A stretch of DNA of 64,000 bases from an uncultured delta proteobacterium (lineage in GTDB: Bacteria; Myxococcota_A; Polyangia; Polyangiales; Polyangiaceae). The position numbers were made by a program, and so were the translations under genes. Under the pieces are notes generated by a model. That model was not told where the DNA came from and made no database searches. It worked only from the letters and a program-made list of their open reading frames with translations. Positions 11,821-20,984 of the stretch are shown here, piece by piece; the first letter of the stretch is position 1, and every line of letters begins with the position of its first letter. The stretch is taken from NCBI GenBank assembly GCA_963850305.1, contig CAWKKR010000007.1, positions 384,001 through 448,000 on the forward strand. The letters are read 5' to 3'.

Positions 11821-12738
11821 ATGAGCAAGTTGCGGCTCGGCTTCGCGTTCGCCGGCATCGTTGCGTTGACGCTCGCATCGTCCAGCCGAGCGGGCGCCGA
11901 GCCGGCCAACAAAACGGAGTGCGCGTCGGCATACGAAAAGAGTCAGGAGTTCCGTGCGAGCGGGAAGCTGAAGAGCGCGATGGACCAGCTCCATGTTTGC
12001 GCTCAGGAGACGTGTCCAGCGTTCGTTCAATCCGACTGCGCGCAGTGGTTGACCGAAGTTCAGCGGGATACACCGACGGTCGTTTTCGCCGCAAAGGACC
12101 AGCACGGAGAAGATACCGTCGCCGTTCGAGTGCTCTCCGACGGAGAGGAGATCGCAAAGGAGCTGGAAGGAAGGGCGATCCCGATCGATCCCGGACCGCA
12201 CAAGCTACGCTTCGAGCTGACGGGCGCCGATCCGATCGAGCAGCAGGTCGTTATTCGCCAGGGACAAAAGGACCGCGTCATCGCGGTGAGCTTTGCTCCG
12301 CAGGCGGCGGACATCCCCGTGGAGGATCCTTACGCGGGCTCGAAGTCCGATCAGGGTCAGGATCAAGGCGCAAGTCAGACGAGCACGAAGCCGAGTTCGG
12401 TCCGACTGTATTCGTACGTCGCGGGGGGCGTCGGCGCAGCGGGCCTGCTGACGTTCGCAGTGCTGGGCACGGTCGGGCACGGGGAGAAGAGCAGCCTCGA
12501 GTCGAGCGGATGCAGCCCCAATTGCTCCCAGGACAAGGTCGACTCGATCAAAACCAAGTATCTGCTTGCGGATGTCGGGCTCGGCGTGGGCGTCGCAGGG
12601 CTGGGCGCGGGTGTCGTGCTGTTCCTGCTCTCCCAGCCCAAGCAATCGGCCCCCCCGACGGACCAGGGCACCGGCATCAATTTCGATTTCAAAGCCGCGC
12701 CAGGCGTTGCTTTTGGCACGGCAAGCGGCCGCTTCTAG
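11821..12738 (+). CDS. Secreted myxobacterial protein (PEGA-like beta domain, Gly-rich hydrophobic hairpin, C-terminal Phe)
   Basis: Signal peptide, Cys-containing helical N-region, IPIDPGPHKLRF PEGA-like strand, ends TASGRF; follows the kinase gene. Confidence 0.65.
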   Translation: MSKLRLGFAFAGIVALTLASSSRAGAEPANKTECASAYEKSQEFRASGKLKSAMDQLHVCAQETCPAFVQSDCAQWLTEVQRDTPTVVFAAKDQHGEDTVAVRVLSDGEEIAKELEGRAIPIDPGPHKLRFELTGADPIEQQVVIRQGQKDRVIAVSFAPQAADIPVEDPYAGSKSDQGQDQGASQTSTKPSSVRLYSYVAGGVGAAGLLTFAVLGTVGHGEKSSLESSGCSPNCSQDKVDSIKTKYLLADVGLGVGVAGLGAGVVLFLLSQPKQSAPPTDQGTGINFDFKAAPGVAFGTASGRF

Positions 12739-12793
12739 CCCTCCTCGGCGAGGAGGCCCTCGACGCGCCGGCCGTGGATGAAGGACGCCAGCG

Positions 12794-14944
12794 TCAGCCA
12801 CCGAGCAGAAGTCGTCCACCCTGATACACGAGGAAGCTTGCAGTCCACGCGAGTACACCGGTGTAGACGAACAAGAAAGCAGGCCAGCGAAGACTCTTCG
12901 TCTCCCGCCGGACCGTCGCGAGGGTGCTCATGCACTGGCACGCGATGGCGAAGAATATCATGAGGGAAAGTCCCATGAGAGGCGTGTACGCCGGACGCCC
13001 GTCGGGTCGCGTCTCGGCGCGCACTCGATCGCGGAGCGATGTGTTGTCGACGGAGCCAACGCCGTAGACGAGTCCCATGGTCGATACGAACACTTCGCGG
13101 GCCGCGAAAGCGCCGACGAGGCCGACACCGATCTTCCAGTCGAATCCGAGGGGCGCGATCGCGGGCTCGATGCCACGGCCGATTCGTCCCGCGTAGCTAT
13201 GCACGATGGTTTGTTCCGCAACCGCCGCCGGCGGCGCGCCCGGGTCCACGTGGGTCGGCTTTGGATAGGAGAGCAGTACCCAGAGGACGACCGTGCACGC
13301 GAGAATCATCGTCCCTGCTTCGGTCAAGAACGAGAGAGCGCGATCCTTCATCAACCCCAGCGTCGTCGTGAGCTTCGGAAATCGGTACGGCGGAAGCTCG
13401 AGGATGAGCGGGACCCTCCGACCCGGTACGACGACTCTTCCGAGAACGGCGGCTGACAAGAGAGCGACCACCGTTGCGAACAGGTACATCCCGATCATCA
13501 ACAACCCCTGAACCGGGATCCAGCCGAAGACGTGTGTCGGTGGGAACAGCGCCGCGATGATGAGGGTATAGACCGGCAGGCGAGCCGAGCACGTCATGAG
13601 AGGAACGACGAGCATCGTCAGTAGCCGATCGCGTTTGCTCTCCATGGTGCGGGTCGCGAGGATTGCCGGTATCGCACAGGCATACCCCGAGAGCATCGGC
13701 ACGAACGCGCGACCGTGCAGGCCGAGAGCGCGCATGACGCGGTCCATGAGGTAAGCGACGCGCGCCATGTAACCCGAGTCCTCGAGCAACCCGATGAACA
13801 GGAACAGTAGGAGAATCTGTGGCAGGAAAGCCACCACGTTTCCAACGCCGCCGAGAATGCCTCGAGCAAGAAAGTCCCTCAAAAAACCCGCTGGGACGTA
13901 CGTGAAAACGAGCGAACTCATCCAAGCGATGATTCGCTCGATGACGTGGATCGCCGGATCTGCCCACGTGAAGAGCGACTGGAAGAGAGTCATCATCACC
14001 GCGAGAAAGATGGCGAAGCCGTAGACTGGATGAATGAGCACCCGGTCGAGCTTCTCGCTCAGATGGTGAATCGGTGCACCGTCGTTGCCCGCGGTGAACA
14101 GAGAGGCGGCGTGTCGGTCCAGGAATGCGTAACGAGCGGCGATGATCTCGTGATCGATATCGCGGTCGCCGGCTGCGGCCCGTACGTCCATCACGCGTTC
14201 TCGAAGCTGCCCGTCGATATCGACGAGTTCGTCGTCATCGCCGATGCTCGTCAGGGCCCAACGGGACAGGGCCCGATCGCGCTCGACCGTCGAACGTATT
14301 TCGGCCGGAAGTCTGTCTGCGACGCGGTCCACGTCGGCTCGGAGAAGGGGCGGGTACGGAACTTCGACCGACCCGCGGGGACGCGTCGCGATGGCGCGTC
14401 TCAGCGCCTCGGCGAGGGACTCCAGGCCCGCTCCAGAGCGCCCATTCGTGGCCACCACGGGAACGCCGAAGAGACGTTCCACCGCAGCGGGAACCGGTGG
14501 ATTTTGACGCGCCTCGTCGATCATGTTCAGCGCCACCACGCACGGAACTTCGAGCTCCGCGAGCTCGAGGACGAGGTAGAGATTTCGGATAAGCTGCCCC
14601 GCGTCGACGACGACCAACGCCAGATCGGGTTTGGGATTTTTCCCCAGACCGAGGATCGCCGAAATGGCGATCTGTTCCTCGGCTGACCGCGCGCTGAGCG
14701 AATACGCTCCAGGGACGTCGATGAGCTCGATGGTCGGTCGTCCATCCAAGTCCTCGAGCACGCCTACCCGGCGCTCCACCGTCACGCCGGGGTAATTCGC
14801 GACACGAGCGCCTTCATGGGTGAGCGCGTTGAAGAGCGACGTCTTCCCGACATTTGGATTTCCGACGACGACGATCCGTCTTTTACGACTTCGCACCCCT
14901 TCGCGCGCTGCGTCGTCCGCGACCCTGGGCGCGGCGACGTTCAC
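12794..14944 (-). CDS. feoB: Ferrous iron transporter B
   Basis: GNPNVGKT, NYPGVTVE, DVPG, LNMID, LEDSGYMAR and TCSARLP motifs; GTGA overlap with feoA. Confidence 0.97.
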   Translation of the reverse strand: MNVAAPRVADDAAREGVRSRKRRIVVVGNPNVGKTSLFNALTHEGARVANYPGVTVERRVGVLEDLDGRPTIELIDVPGAYSLSARSAEEQIAISAILGLGKNPKPDLALVVVDAGQLIRNLYLVLELAELEVPCVVALNMIDEARQNPPVPAAVERLFGVPVVATNGRSGAGLESLAEALRRAIATRPRGSVEVPYPPLLRADVDRVADRLPAEIRSTVERDRALSRWALTSIGDDDELVDIDGQLRERVMDVRAAAGDRDIDHEIIAARYAFLDRHAASLFTAGNDGAPIHHLSEKLDRVLIHPVYGFAIFLAVMMTLFQSLFTWADPAIHVIERIIAWMSSLVFTYVPAGFLRDFLARGILGGVGNVVAFLPQILLLFLFIGLLEDSGYMARVAYLMDRVMRALGLHGRAFVPMLSGYACAIPAILATRTMESKRDRLLTMLVVPLMTCSARLPVYTLIIAALFPPTHVFGWIPVQGLLMIGMYLFATVVALLSAAVLGRVVVPGRRVPLILELPPYRFPKLTTTLGLMKDRALSFLTEAGTMILACTVVLWVLLSYPKPTHVDPGAPPAAVAEQTIVHSYAGRIGRGIEPAIAPLGFDWKIGVGLVGAFAAREVFVSTMGLVYGVGSVDNTSLRDRVRAETRPDGRPAYTPLMGLSLMIFFAIACQCMSTLATVRRETKSLRWPAFLFVYTGVLAWTASFLVYQGGRLLLGG

Positions 14945-15243
14945 GACGAGGCCGGCACTCCCGGATGGAGCGAGGCAATCTGCGACTCTCCTTCCGTCAC
15001 GCGCGGGGCGGATTGCTCCGGTGCAACGGAAATGCACCTCGCCTCCGTTCGGCGAATCGAAAGACGGCAGCCCCGCACTCGAAGCTCGATGGGATCGCCC
15101 AGCGGAGCGATTCGACGAACCTCGACGATCGTTCCTGGAAGGAGCCCCAGTTCCATCATTCGCCTGCGAAACACGCGCTCGCCGCCCACCAGCGTCACGG
15201 TTGCCGACGAGCCAATCGAAAGATCGCCGAGAGTCACGGCCAC
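14941..15243 (-). CDS. feoA: Ferrous iron transport protein A
   Basis: RRMMELGLLPG...APLGDPIELRVRG motif; directly upstream of feoB. Confidence 0.95.
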   Translation of the reverse strand: MAVTLGDLSIGSSATVTLVGGERVFRRRMMELGLLPGTIVEVRRIAPLGDPIELRVRGCRLSIRRTEARCISVAPEQSAPRVTEGESQIASLHPGVPASS

Positions 15244-15262
15244 GGAAGGTGGCTTAGCTCAA

Positions 15263-15279
15263 TTGAAAACGGTTTTCAA
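15263..15279. promoter_or_regulatory. Fur-box-like operator upstream of feoAB
   Basis: Perfect 8-1-8 palindrome TTGAAAAC-G-GTTTTCAA ~20 nt upstream of the feoA start; resembles the delta-proteobacterial Fur consensus WTGAAA-N5-TTTCAW. Confidence 0.8.
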
Positions 15280-15395
15280 ATTCAATGATGACAAGTCACT
15301 TCTGCGGACCGGTTTCCCGAACCTCGCCTGGCAACTGAAACTACGCGGCTTTCCAGCAAACCGGTCGATCCAGGGTTGGGAGGCAACTACCAGCG

Positions 15396-15411
15396 CGGCA
15401 CGCTTATTGCT
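15396..15411 (+). promoter_or_regulatory. Sigma54 (-24/-12) promoter
   Basis: CGGCACG-CTTA-TTGCT with exact GG-N10-GC spacing, ~20 nt upstream of the CBS gene ATG. Confidence 0.7.
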
Positions 15412-15430
15412 TGACTAAAGACCAGGAACC

Positions 15431-15949
15431 ATGAAGTCCGAGACCAAATACGTCGTCGACATCATGACTGCAAATCCCGTCGCTGTCGGGCCCGACACCC
15501 TTGCTGGAGCGGCCGAGCGGCTCGCGGAACGACGCTGCATACACGAGCTGCTGGTCGTCGAGGGCTACCGCCTCGCGGGTGTCGTGTGCCGGTGCGATCT
15601 CGAGCGGGCCGGTGTGGCCGGCGTCGTGAAGGACTGGATGCGACGCGATCCCGTCACGATCGAAGACCAGGAAAGCGTCCGTGCCGCGGAGGAACTGATG
15701 CACCGCCGAGGAGTCGGGTGTCTGCCGGTCGTCGACTGGTCGGGAGCGCTGCGCGGAATCGTCACCCGTGGCGACCTGGCCCGCGCCGGGGCGGTGAGCG
15801 TTGCACGCCCGCGCACCTGTCGTTCATGCGGAACGAGACAGCCGCTCGGCACCAGAGAAGGCGCCTCGCTGTGCGCCCGCTGTCTGGACGGCTGCAGTCT
15901 GCCGCGCGTTGCGAACGACACGGGTTACCTGGCTGTCGGCGCGGCCTGA
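15431..15949 (+). CDS. CBS-pair protein with C-terminal CxxC/CxxC zinc ribbon
   Basis: Two CBS repeats (DIMTANPV, DWMRRDPV, GCLPVVD, GIVTRGD); CRSC...CARC; RBS AGGA. Confidence 0.88.
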   Translation: MKSETKYVVDIMTANPVAVGPDTLAGAAERLAERRCIHELLVVEGYRLAGVVCRCDLERAGVAGVVKDWMRRDPVTIEDQESVRAAEELMHRRGVGCLPVVDWSGALRGIVTRGDLARAGAVSVARPRTCRSCGTRQPLGTREGASLCARCLDGCSLPRVANDTGYLAVGAA

Positions 15950-15954
15950 TACGG

Positions 15955-16599
15955 CTACGGCGCTGGTGAGGGTAGGGCCGCGGGGGATTTCTGGTCGCGC
16001 CCAGGCCGGTCGACGGCAGACGCGTGAGGGGCGCGGTCCGTGTCATCGCGATGCGCGGTTGGCATCTCGCTCAGCGGGGTTTCGGACGCGCGCATCAATC
16101 TTGCCCAGATTCTGGCCCGCTTTCGAGCCCAGGGCATGACGTGGCAGGTTCGCCCCGTTCCGTACGCTCCGAGCAAGCGGGCGATGCCGTGCTCATCCAT
16201 GCGCACGATGCCGCATCGCCGCGCGTGCAGAACGAGAATGTCAGCGGCCTTTCGGAAGCAGCGACGCGTCGCCTCGCGAGACGATCCTGCGAGCGAGCGA
16301 TCACGCGACCAGATCTGGGCAAGGCAAATGGATGCGCCTCCATCGCCGCGGACTCGGCCCTCGTGCACCTCGAGCGCCCAGCGCCGTGATTCGTGCCACG
16401 TCACCGTCAGTAATGCTGCCGCGAGGTCCTCGGGCGTTCCTGGCCAATCTTCCGTCGCGTTCGCCTCCTGGACGGCGACCGTCACGATCATTTCTATCCG
16501 CGCCGCACGTTCGGCGGCGGTCTCCGGTTCGTGTCCTGGCGGATAGTAGGGAGGCGGCAGAAGAAGCGCCGCCGCGAGGAGACGTGCTAGAAAAGTCAT
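15955..16599 (-). CDS. Secreted hypothetical protein, possible lysozyme-like/SLT fold
   Basis: Signal-like N-terminus; WHES followed by GDGGASICLAQI; RBS AGGA. Confidence 0.55.
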   Translation of the reverse strand: MTFLARLLAAALLLPPPYYPPGHEPETAAERAARIEMIVTVAVQEANATEDWPGTPEDLAAALLTVTWHESRRWALEVHEGRVRGDGGASICLAQIWSRDRSLAGSSREATRRCFRKAADILVLHARRCGIVRMDEHGIARLLGAYGTGRTCHVMPWARKRARIWARLMRASETPLSEMPTAHRDDTDRAPHASAVDRPGRDQKSPAALPSPAP

Positions 16600-17012
16600 G
16601 GTTGTCCTGTGATTGTGTGACAACAACAGTTGCCGTACACCATCGGTGAAGCGATCGAAATCGCGTCTGGCTCACGCATGCAGGCTACCACTTGGAGCAA
16701 AAAGGCCGACATGGCCAGCGGATTTCTCATGTCACTCGAGGGCTGCGGCCTTGGGGGCGTGACAAAACGGCTCGGTCTGTGGAGATGGTGTGTATTTCTA
16801 CACAGTTGGAGAACACACAAGCGTGGGTGACGTGCATGTGTGAAAGAAACGGACAGTTTTCCAGCCGGACCGGCTGCCCGAGGCGCGCCCCCGATCGCGA
16901 CCCAGAACATCGTCGCGCCGCCTGAAGGAATGATGGCCGGGATCTCCGAGGCAAGCGGACCGATTCGTTCTCGATACCGCCACAGCCCGGTCTCGATTAA
17001 GGCGAATCGAAT

Positions 17013-17095
17013 GGCCCCTTGGCGGAATGGCAGACGCAGGGGATTTAAAATCCCTGGCCCGAAAGGGTATCCCGGTTCGAGTCCGGGAGGGGCTA
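17013..17095 (+). tRNA. tRNA-Leu(TAA)
   Basis: Acceptor stem GGCCCCT/AGGGGCT, anticodon arm GGGGA-TTTAAAA-TCCCT, long variable arm, T-arm CCCGG-TTCGAGT-CCGGG; CCA not encoded. Confidence 0.95.
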
Positions 17096-17099
17096 CACA

Positions 17100-17444
17100 G
17101 GGCTGGCACGTTGGGGCGATGGGCTCGAGGAATGGCTGCTCACGATCCTCGAGCTACTCGACGGCAGCCCGACCGCCGACACGTTTCGGCGCGTGCTCCC
17201 GGCGCTCGACCCGAAAGCGTTTCGAGGCGTGCCTTCGGAAGTGGCGCTGGCCCTCTGCCAGAGCGCTGGCAAGGTTCGGCAGCACTGGGGGATCGAGAAC
17301 AGCGTCCACTGGGTGCTCAACGTCCCCTATTCCGAAGATGCGAGCCGAATCCGCCGAGACCGCGGGCCTCGGAACTTCGCGCCGCTGCGCAAGCTCACGA
17401 TGAACATGCGCACGCAGACTAACTGCAGACTAACCCGGACATAG
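17100..17444 (+). pseudogene. ISAs1-family transposase remnant with internal deletion
   Basis: EEWLLTILELLDGSPTADTFRRVLPALDPKAF (ISAs1 N-terminal region) is fused in frame to VRQHWGIENSVHWVLNVPYSEDASRIR (C-terminal region); no start codon for the N-terminal part. Confidence 0.8.
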
Positions 17445-17497
17445 AATGTCCGGACGGAGAGGACGGCCGTAACGGCGGTCCGGGCTAGGATGTCGCC

Positions 17498-18463
17498 GTG
17501 GTTCGCTTCCGGCGCCGCGCCAGAGTTTCATCGGGGCTCGGTATCTTCCTTCTGATCGTCTTGCTTGTCGGGATCGTCGGCGCGTGCCTGCTGCGTCCCT
17601 CGGCGCGCCTGGCTGCGGAACCCGAGCATCCTTCTACGACGAGGTCCGGGCCCCCGAAGCCCACGCGCGCGAGACGCCATGCTCGGCGGCACCGCGCGTA
17701 CGAGGGTGACGAGGGGGCGGAACAGCCTTCCTCGGAACCTCAGGACGTCGGAGACAGCGTGAACGTGCTCCTCGGCATTCCGAAGGATCGAAATCCGTCT
17801 GACGATTACCTGATGAATGAGCGTGAGTTCGTTCTCTCGTACAATCCGAGGCTGAACGAGCCGAACTGGGTGGCGTGGCGTCTTCGAGCCTCGGACTTGG
17901 GGCATGCCAGACGTGGGGATGACTTTCGCCCGGATCCCCTGCTCCCCGCGGGCATGTACCACGTCGTCCCGGGGGACTACGCGCGGAGCGGCTATGATCG
18001 CGGCCACATGTGTCCGTCCGCCGATCGCACTCGGTCCACCGAGGAGAATGCAGTGACGTTCCTCATGACCAACGTGGAGCCGCAGCTGCACGAGCTGAAT
18101 GCGGGACCGTGGGAGAAGCTCGAAGACTACGAACGCGCTTGGGCCCTTCGCGCCACCCTCTATATCGTCGCGGGAGGCGTGTTCGAAGCGCAGCCACCGA
18201 CCATCGGCCACGGCGTGGCCGTGCCTGCTGCTAATTTCAAGATCATCGTCGCCCTGCCGGCGGGTCAGGGTGCCTCGGACGTCACGACGACGACGCCCGT
18301 TCTCGCGGTGCAGATGCCGAACGACGTCGGGGTAGGCGAGCACGACTTTCTGGAATATGAGACGTCGGTCGATCGGATCGAAGAAGCCACGGGCTACGAC
18401 TTCCTCGACCGGGTGCCCGAGAGCATCTCCCGCGTGATCGAAGCCCGAGGAGAGAGGCATTGA
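17498..18463 (+). CDS. DNA/RNA non-specific endonuclease (NucA/EndG family), N-terminally anchored
   Basis: [25 protein letters not shown] and IEEATGYDF motifs. Confidence 0.93.
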   Translation: MVRFRRRARVSSGLGIFLLIVLLVGIVGACLLRPSARLAAEPEHPSTTRSGPPKPTRARRHARRHRAYEGDEGAEQPSSEPQDVGDSVNVLLGIPKDRNPSDDYLMNEREFVLSYNPRLNEPNWVAWRLRASDLGHARRGDDFRPDPLLPAGMYHVVPGDYARSGYDRGHMCPSADRTRSTEENAVTFLMTNVEPQLHELNAGPWEKLEDYERAWALRATLYIVAGGVFEAQPPTIGHGVAVPAANFKIIVALPAGQGASDVTTTTPVLAVQMPNDVGVGEHDFLEYETSVDRIEEATGYDFLDRVPESISRVIEARGERH

Positions 18464-19848
18464 ACGAACGAACGACTCGCATTGAGCACGACTCGATGGG
18501 TCCAATCGAGGTGCCTGCGGATCGACTCTGGGGCGCGCAGACGGAGCGGAGCCGCCGGAACTTTCGGATCTCCGGAGAGCGAATGCCCGGCGCCATCATC
18601 GTCGCGATCGCCCGGTTGAAGAAGGCCGCAGCGAGCGCGAATGTCGAACTCGCATCGATACCCGCGACGATCGGCGCGGCCATCGAACACGCTGCCGACG
18701 AGGTGATCGCCGGCCAGCACGACGAGGAATTTCCGCTGCTCGTATGGCAGACGGGAAGCGGAACGCAGACGAACATGAACGTGAACGAGGTTCTCGCGAA
18801 CCGCGCGAGCGAGGTCCTGGGAGGCGAGCGGGGGGACGCGCGTCTCGTGCACCCGAACGATCACGTCAACAGGGGGCAATCGTCGAACGACGTGTTTCCG
18901 TCGGCGATGGCGATCGCGGGAACGCTTGCGCTCGTCGAGCGGACCATCCCGTCGGCTCGCTTGCTCTCCGACGTCCTCGCCGCCAAGTCAGCCGTCTTCG
19001 CGGACATCGTGAAGATCGGTCGCACTCACCTTCAGGACGCGACTCCGATCACCCTTGGACAGGAGATCAGTGGCTGGGCGTCCCAGATCGACCACGGGCT
19101 CTCGCACCTCGAGCAGGCTCTGCCGCATCTTCGCGAGCTTGCCATCGGCGGCACCGCAGTCGGTACGGGGCTCAATACACATCCGGAGTTTGGCTCGCGC
19201 GTCGCGCGGAAGCTGGCAGCGGCCACGAACGTCGGGTTCGTGACGGCGGCCAACCGGTTCGAGGCCCTGGCTGCTCACGACGCGATGGTATTCGCCCACG
19301 GCGCGCTCAAGACGCTCGCGGTGTCGCTCACGAAGATCGCGAACGACATCAGGTGGCTCGCATCGGGGCCGCGCGCCGGCATCGGTGAAATCAGCATTCC
19401 GGAAAACGAGCCCGGCAGTTCGATCATGCCCGGTAAGGTGAACCCGACGCAGTGCGAGGCTATGACGATGGCGTGTGCGCAGGTACTGGGCAACGACGTG
19501 GCGATCAACGTGGGGGGCGCCGGAGGAAATTTCGAGCTGAATGTTTACAAGCCGCTCATCGCGAATGCGTTCCTTCAGAGTGCGCGATTGCTGGCGGACG
19601 GTTGCGACGGACTTCGAGAGCATTGTGCGGGGGGCATCCAGCCCGATCTCGGGCGTATCCGGCAGCATCTCGACGGCTCGTTGATGCTGGTCACCGCGCT
19701 GGTCCCTCACATCGGCTACGACAAGGCTGCGCTCATCGCGAAGAGGGCGCATCTGCAGCGGACGTCGCTTCGCGTGGCGGCTCTCGACTCGGGCTTCGTC
19801 TCGGAGACGGAGTTCGATGCCTGGGTGAAGCCGGACCGCATGGTGTGA
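18460..19848 (+). CDS. fumC: Class II fumarate hydratase
   Basis: [20 protein letters not shown] and [15 protein letters not shown] motifs; TTG start overlaps the nuclease stop. Confidence 0.97.
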   Translation: MNERTTRIEHDSMGPIEVPADRLWGAQTERSRRNFRISGERMPGAIIVAIARLKKAAASANVELASIPATIGAAIEHAADEVIAGQHDEEFPLLVWQTGSGTQTNMNVNEVLANRASEVLGGERGDARLVHPNDHVNRGQSSNDVFPSAMAIAGTLALVERTIPSARLLSDVLAAKSAVFADIVKIGRTHLQDATPITLGQEISGWASQIDHGLSHLEQALPHLRELAIGGTAVGTGLNTHPEFGSRVARKLAAATNVGFVTAANRFEALAAHDAMVFAHGALKTLAVSLTKIANDIRWLASGPRAGIGEISIPENEPGSSIMPGKVNPTQCEAMTMACAQVLGNDVAINVGGAGGNFELNVYKPLIANAFLQSARLLADGCDGLREHCAGGIQPDLGRIRQHLDGSLMLVTALVPHIGYDKAALIAKRAHLQRTSLRVAALDSGFVSETEFDAWVKPDRMV

Positions 19849-20012
19849 CTCGCGGGCCCGTCGGAGCGTTGGCACCCGGCTCTAGTGAAAGCGTGTGATC
19901 GAAATGTTGACGGCGTCGGCCGAAGTCGATGCGTCGAAGTCGAGGCGCGTTTCTCGCACTTCCTCTCACGGGCGGGCAGGAGTTTCAAGTAGGGTAACAT
20001 CCAGGGTTTCGC

Positions 20013-20885
20013 ATGGGGACCGACGTAGATAATGAGATCGAGTGTTCGCCCGAGCAGGTGACGGACCAAGAGTTCCGGCTCGAATATCCAGCCAACGAGC
20101 CGTCTGGCGCCCCGCTCGACGGGCCGCCGCGCAAGGGACGAGTCGCCGATTGTGGGCGGCTGGATGCGCTGGCTCGTCTCGCAAGCCACATGGCCGAGGA
20201 ATTTGGGGATCTGTCCGACGTTCTCGTGTCCGAAGTCACCCTCGCCGTCGACCGGCTCGGCGCGGCGGGGAAGGCGCGTGAGCCCCTGGAGCGGCTTCGG
20301 GAGTCGGCCACGCGCGTGGCTGACCTTGCGCAGCGGCTTCGGGAGATCGGCGTCAGGCCCCTCGCAACGGTCGAACTCGTCGATCTGAACGACGTCGCCG
20401 AAAGGTTCGTAGGGCTCGTGAGTCGCGCAATGCCGCACGACGTGAAGCTCGAGTTTTCACCCTGGTCGACGCCGGCGACTCTCACTGCGGACCCTCGTCT
20501 CCTCGAACGCGTCCTGTTGAACCTCTGCGTAAACGCCAGGGATGCCGTGCCGCGTGGCGGGCGAATCGCCATCCGCACAGCGAGGAGCGCCCTCGCCGAG
20601 GATCTCTTCCAGGAACCTGAAGGCGCGGTGCGGAACCCGTACGTGGTGCTATCCGTCTCCGATGACGGGATCGGGATGCCTCCCGCCGTACGAGATCGCG
20701 CGTTCGAGCCATTTTTCACGACGAAGGCTCCTTCACGCCGGGTGGGTCTCGGTTTGTCGACCGTCTACGGCATCGTCCGCTCTCACGGAGGGATGATTCG
20801 CCTCGATAGCGAGGTGGGTAAGGGGACTACCGTCGACGTGTATTTGCCCGCAGCCGCGCGCGCCATCTGGCCTACCGAGCCTTGA
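20013..20885 (+). CDS. Histidine-kinase-like ATPase with degenerate H-box
   Basis: N box LLNLCVNARDA, G1 DDGIGM, F box FEPFFTTK and GLGL are present; the H-box region reads LASHMAEEFGDL. Confidence 0.8.
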   Translation: MGTDVDNEIECSPEQVTDQEFRLEYPANEPSGAPLDGPPRKGRVADCGRLDALARLASHMAEEFGDLSDVLVSEVTLAVDRLGAAGKAREPLERLRESATRVADLAQRLREIGVRPLATVELVDLNDVAERFVGLVSRAMPHDVKLEFSPWSTPATLTADPRLLERVLLNLCVNARDAVPRGGRIAIRTARSALAEDLFQEPEGAVRNPYVVLSVSDDGIGMPPAVRDRAFEPFFTTKAPSRRVGLGLSTVYGIVRSHGGMIRLDSEVGKGTTVDVYLPAAARAIWPTEP

Positions 20886-20926
20886 CCCGGGCCCGACAGG
20901 TCGACGCTCGATCGAGGCCGCCGGTT

Positions 20927-20960
20927 GCGTTTCACCTCGCTTCAGAGCGGGAGGAAACGC
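20927..20960. terminator. Hairpin between convergent genes, possible terminator
   Basis: GCGTTTC...GAAACGC outer stem with CGCT/AGCG inner stem; no clear U tract. Confidence 0.35.
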
Positions 20961-20984
20961 CGGGAAGACCCAGGGGATCCCGGG

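Noticed and set aside
17013..17095. bldA-like regulatory role for tRNA-Leu(UAA)
   Set aside because: TTA codons occur in ordinary genes here (e.g. 3229 in the carboxylase, 6068 in the GT), so there is no sign of restricted use.
19870..19886. TGGCAC as a sigma54 promoter for the HK-like gene (also at 17104 and 58349)
   Set aside because: No GC at the -12 position.
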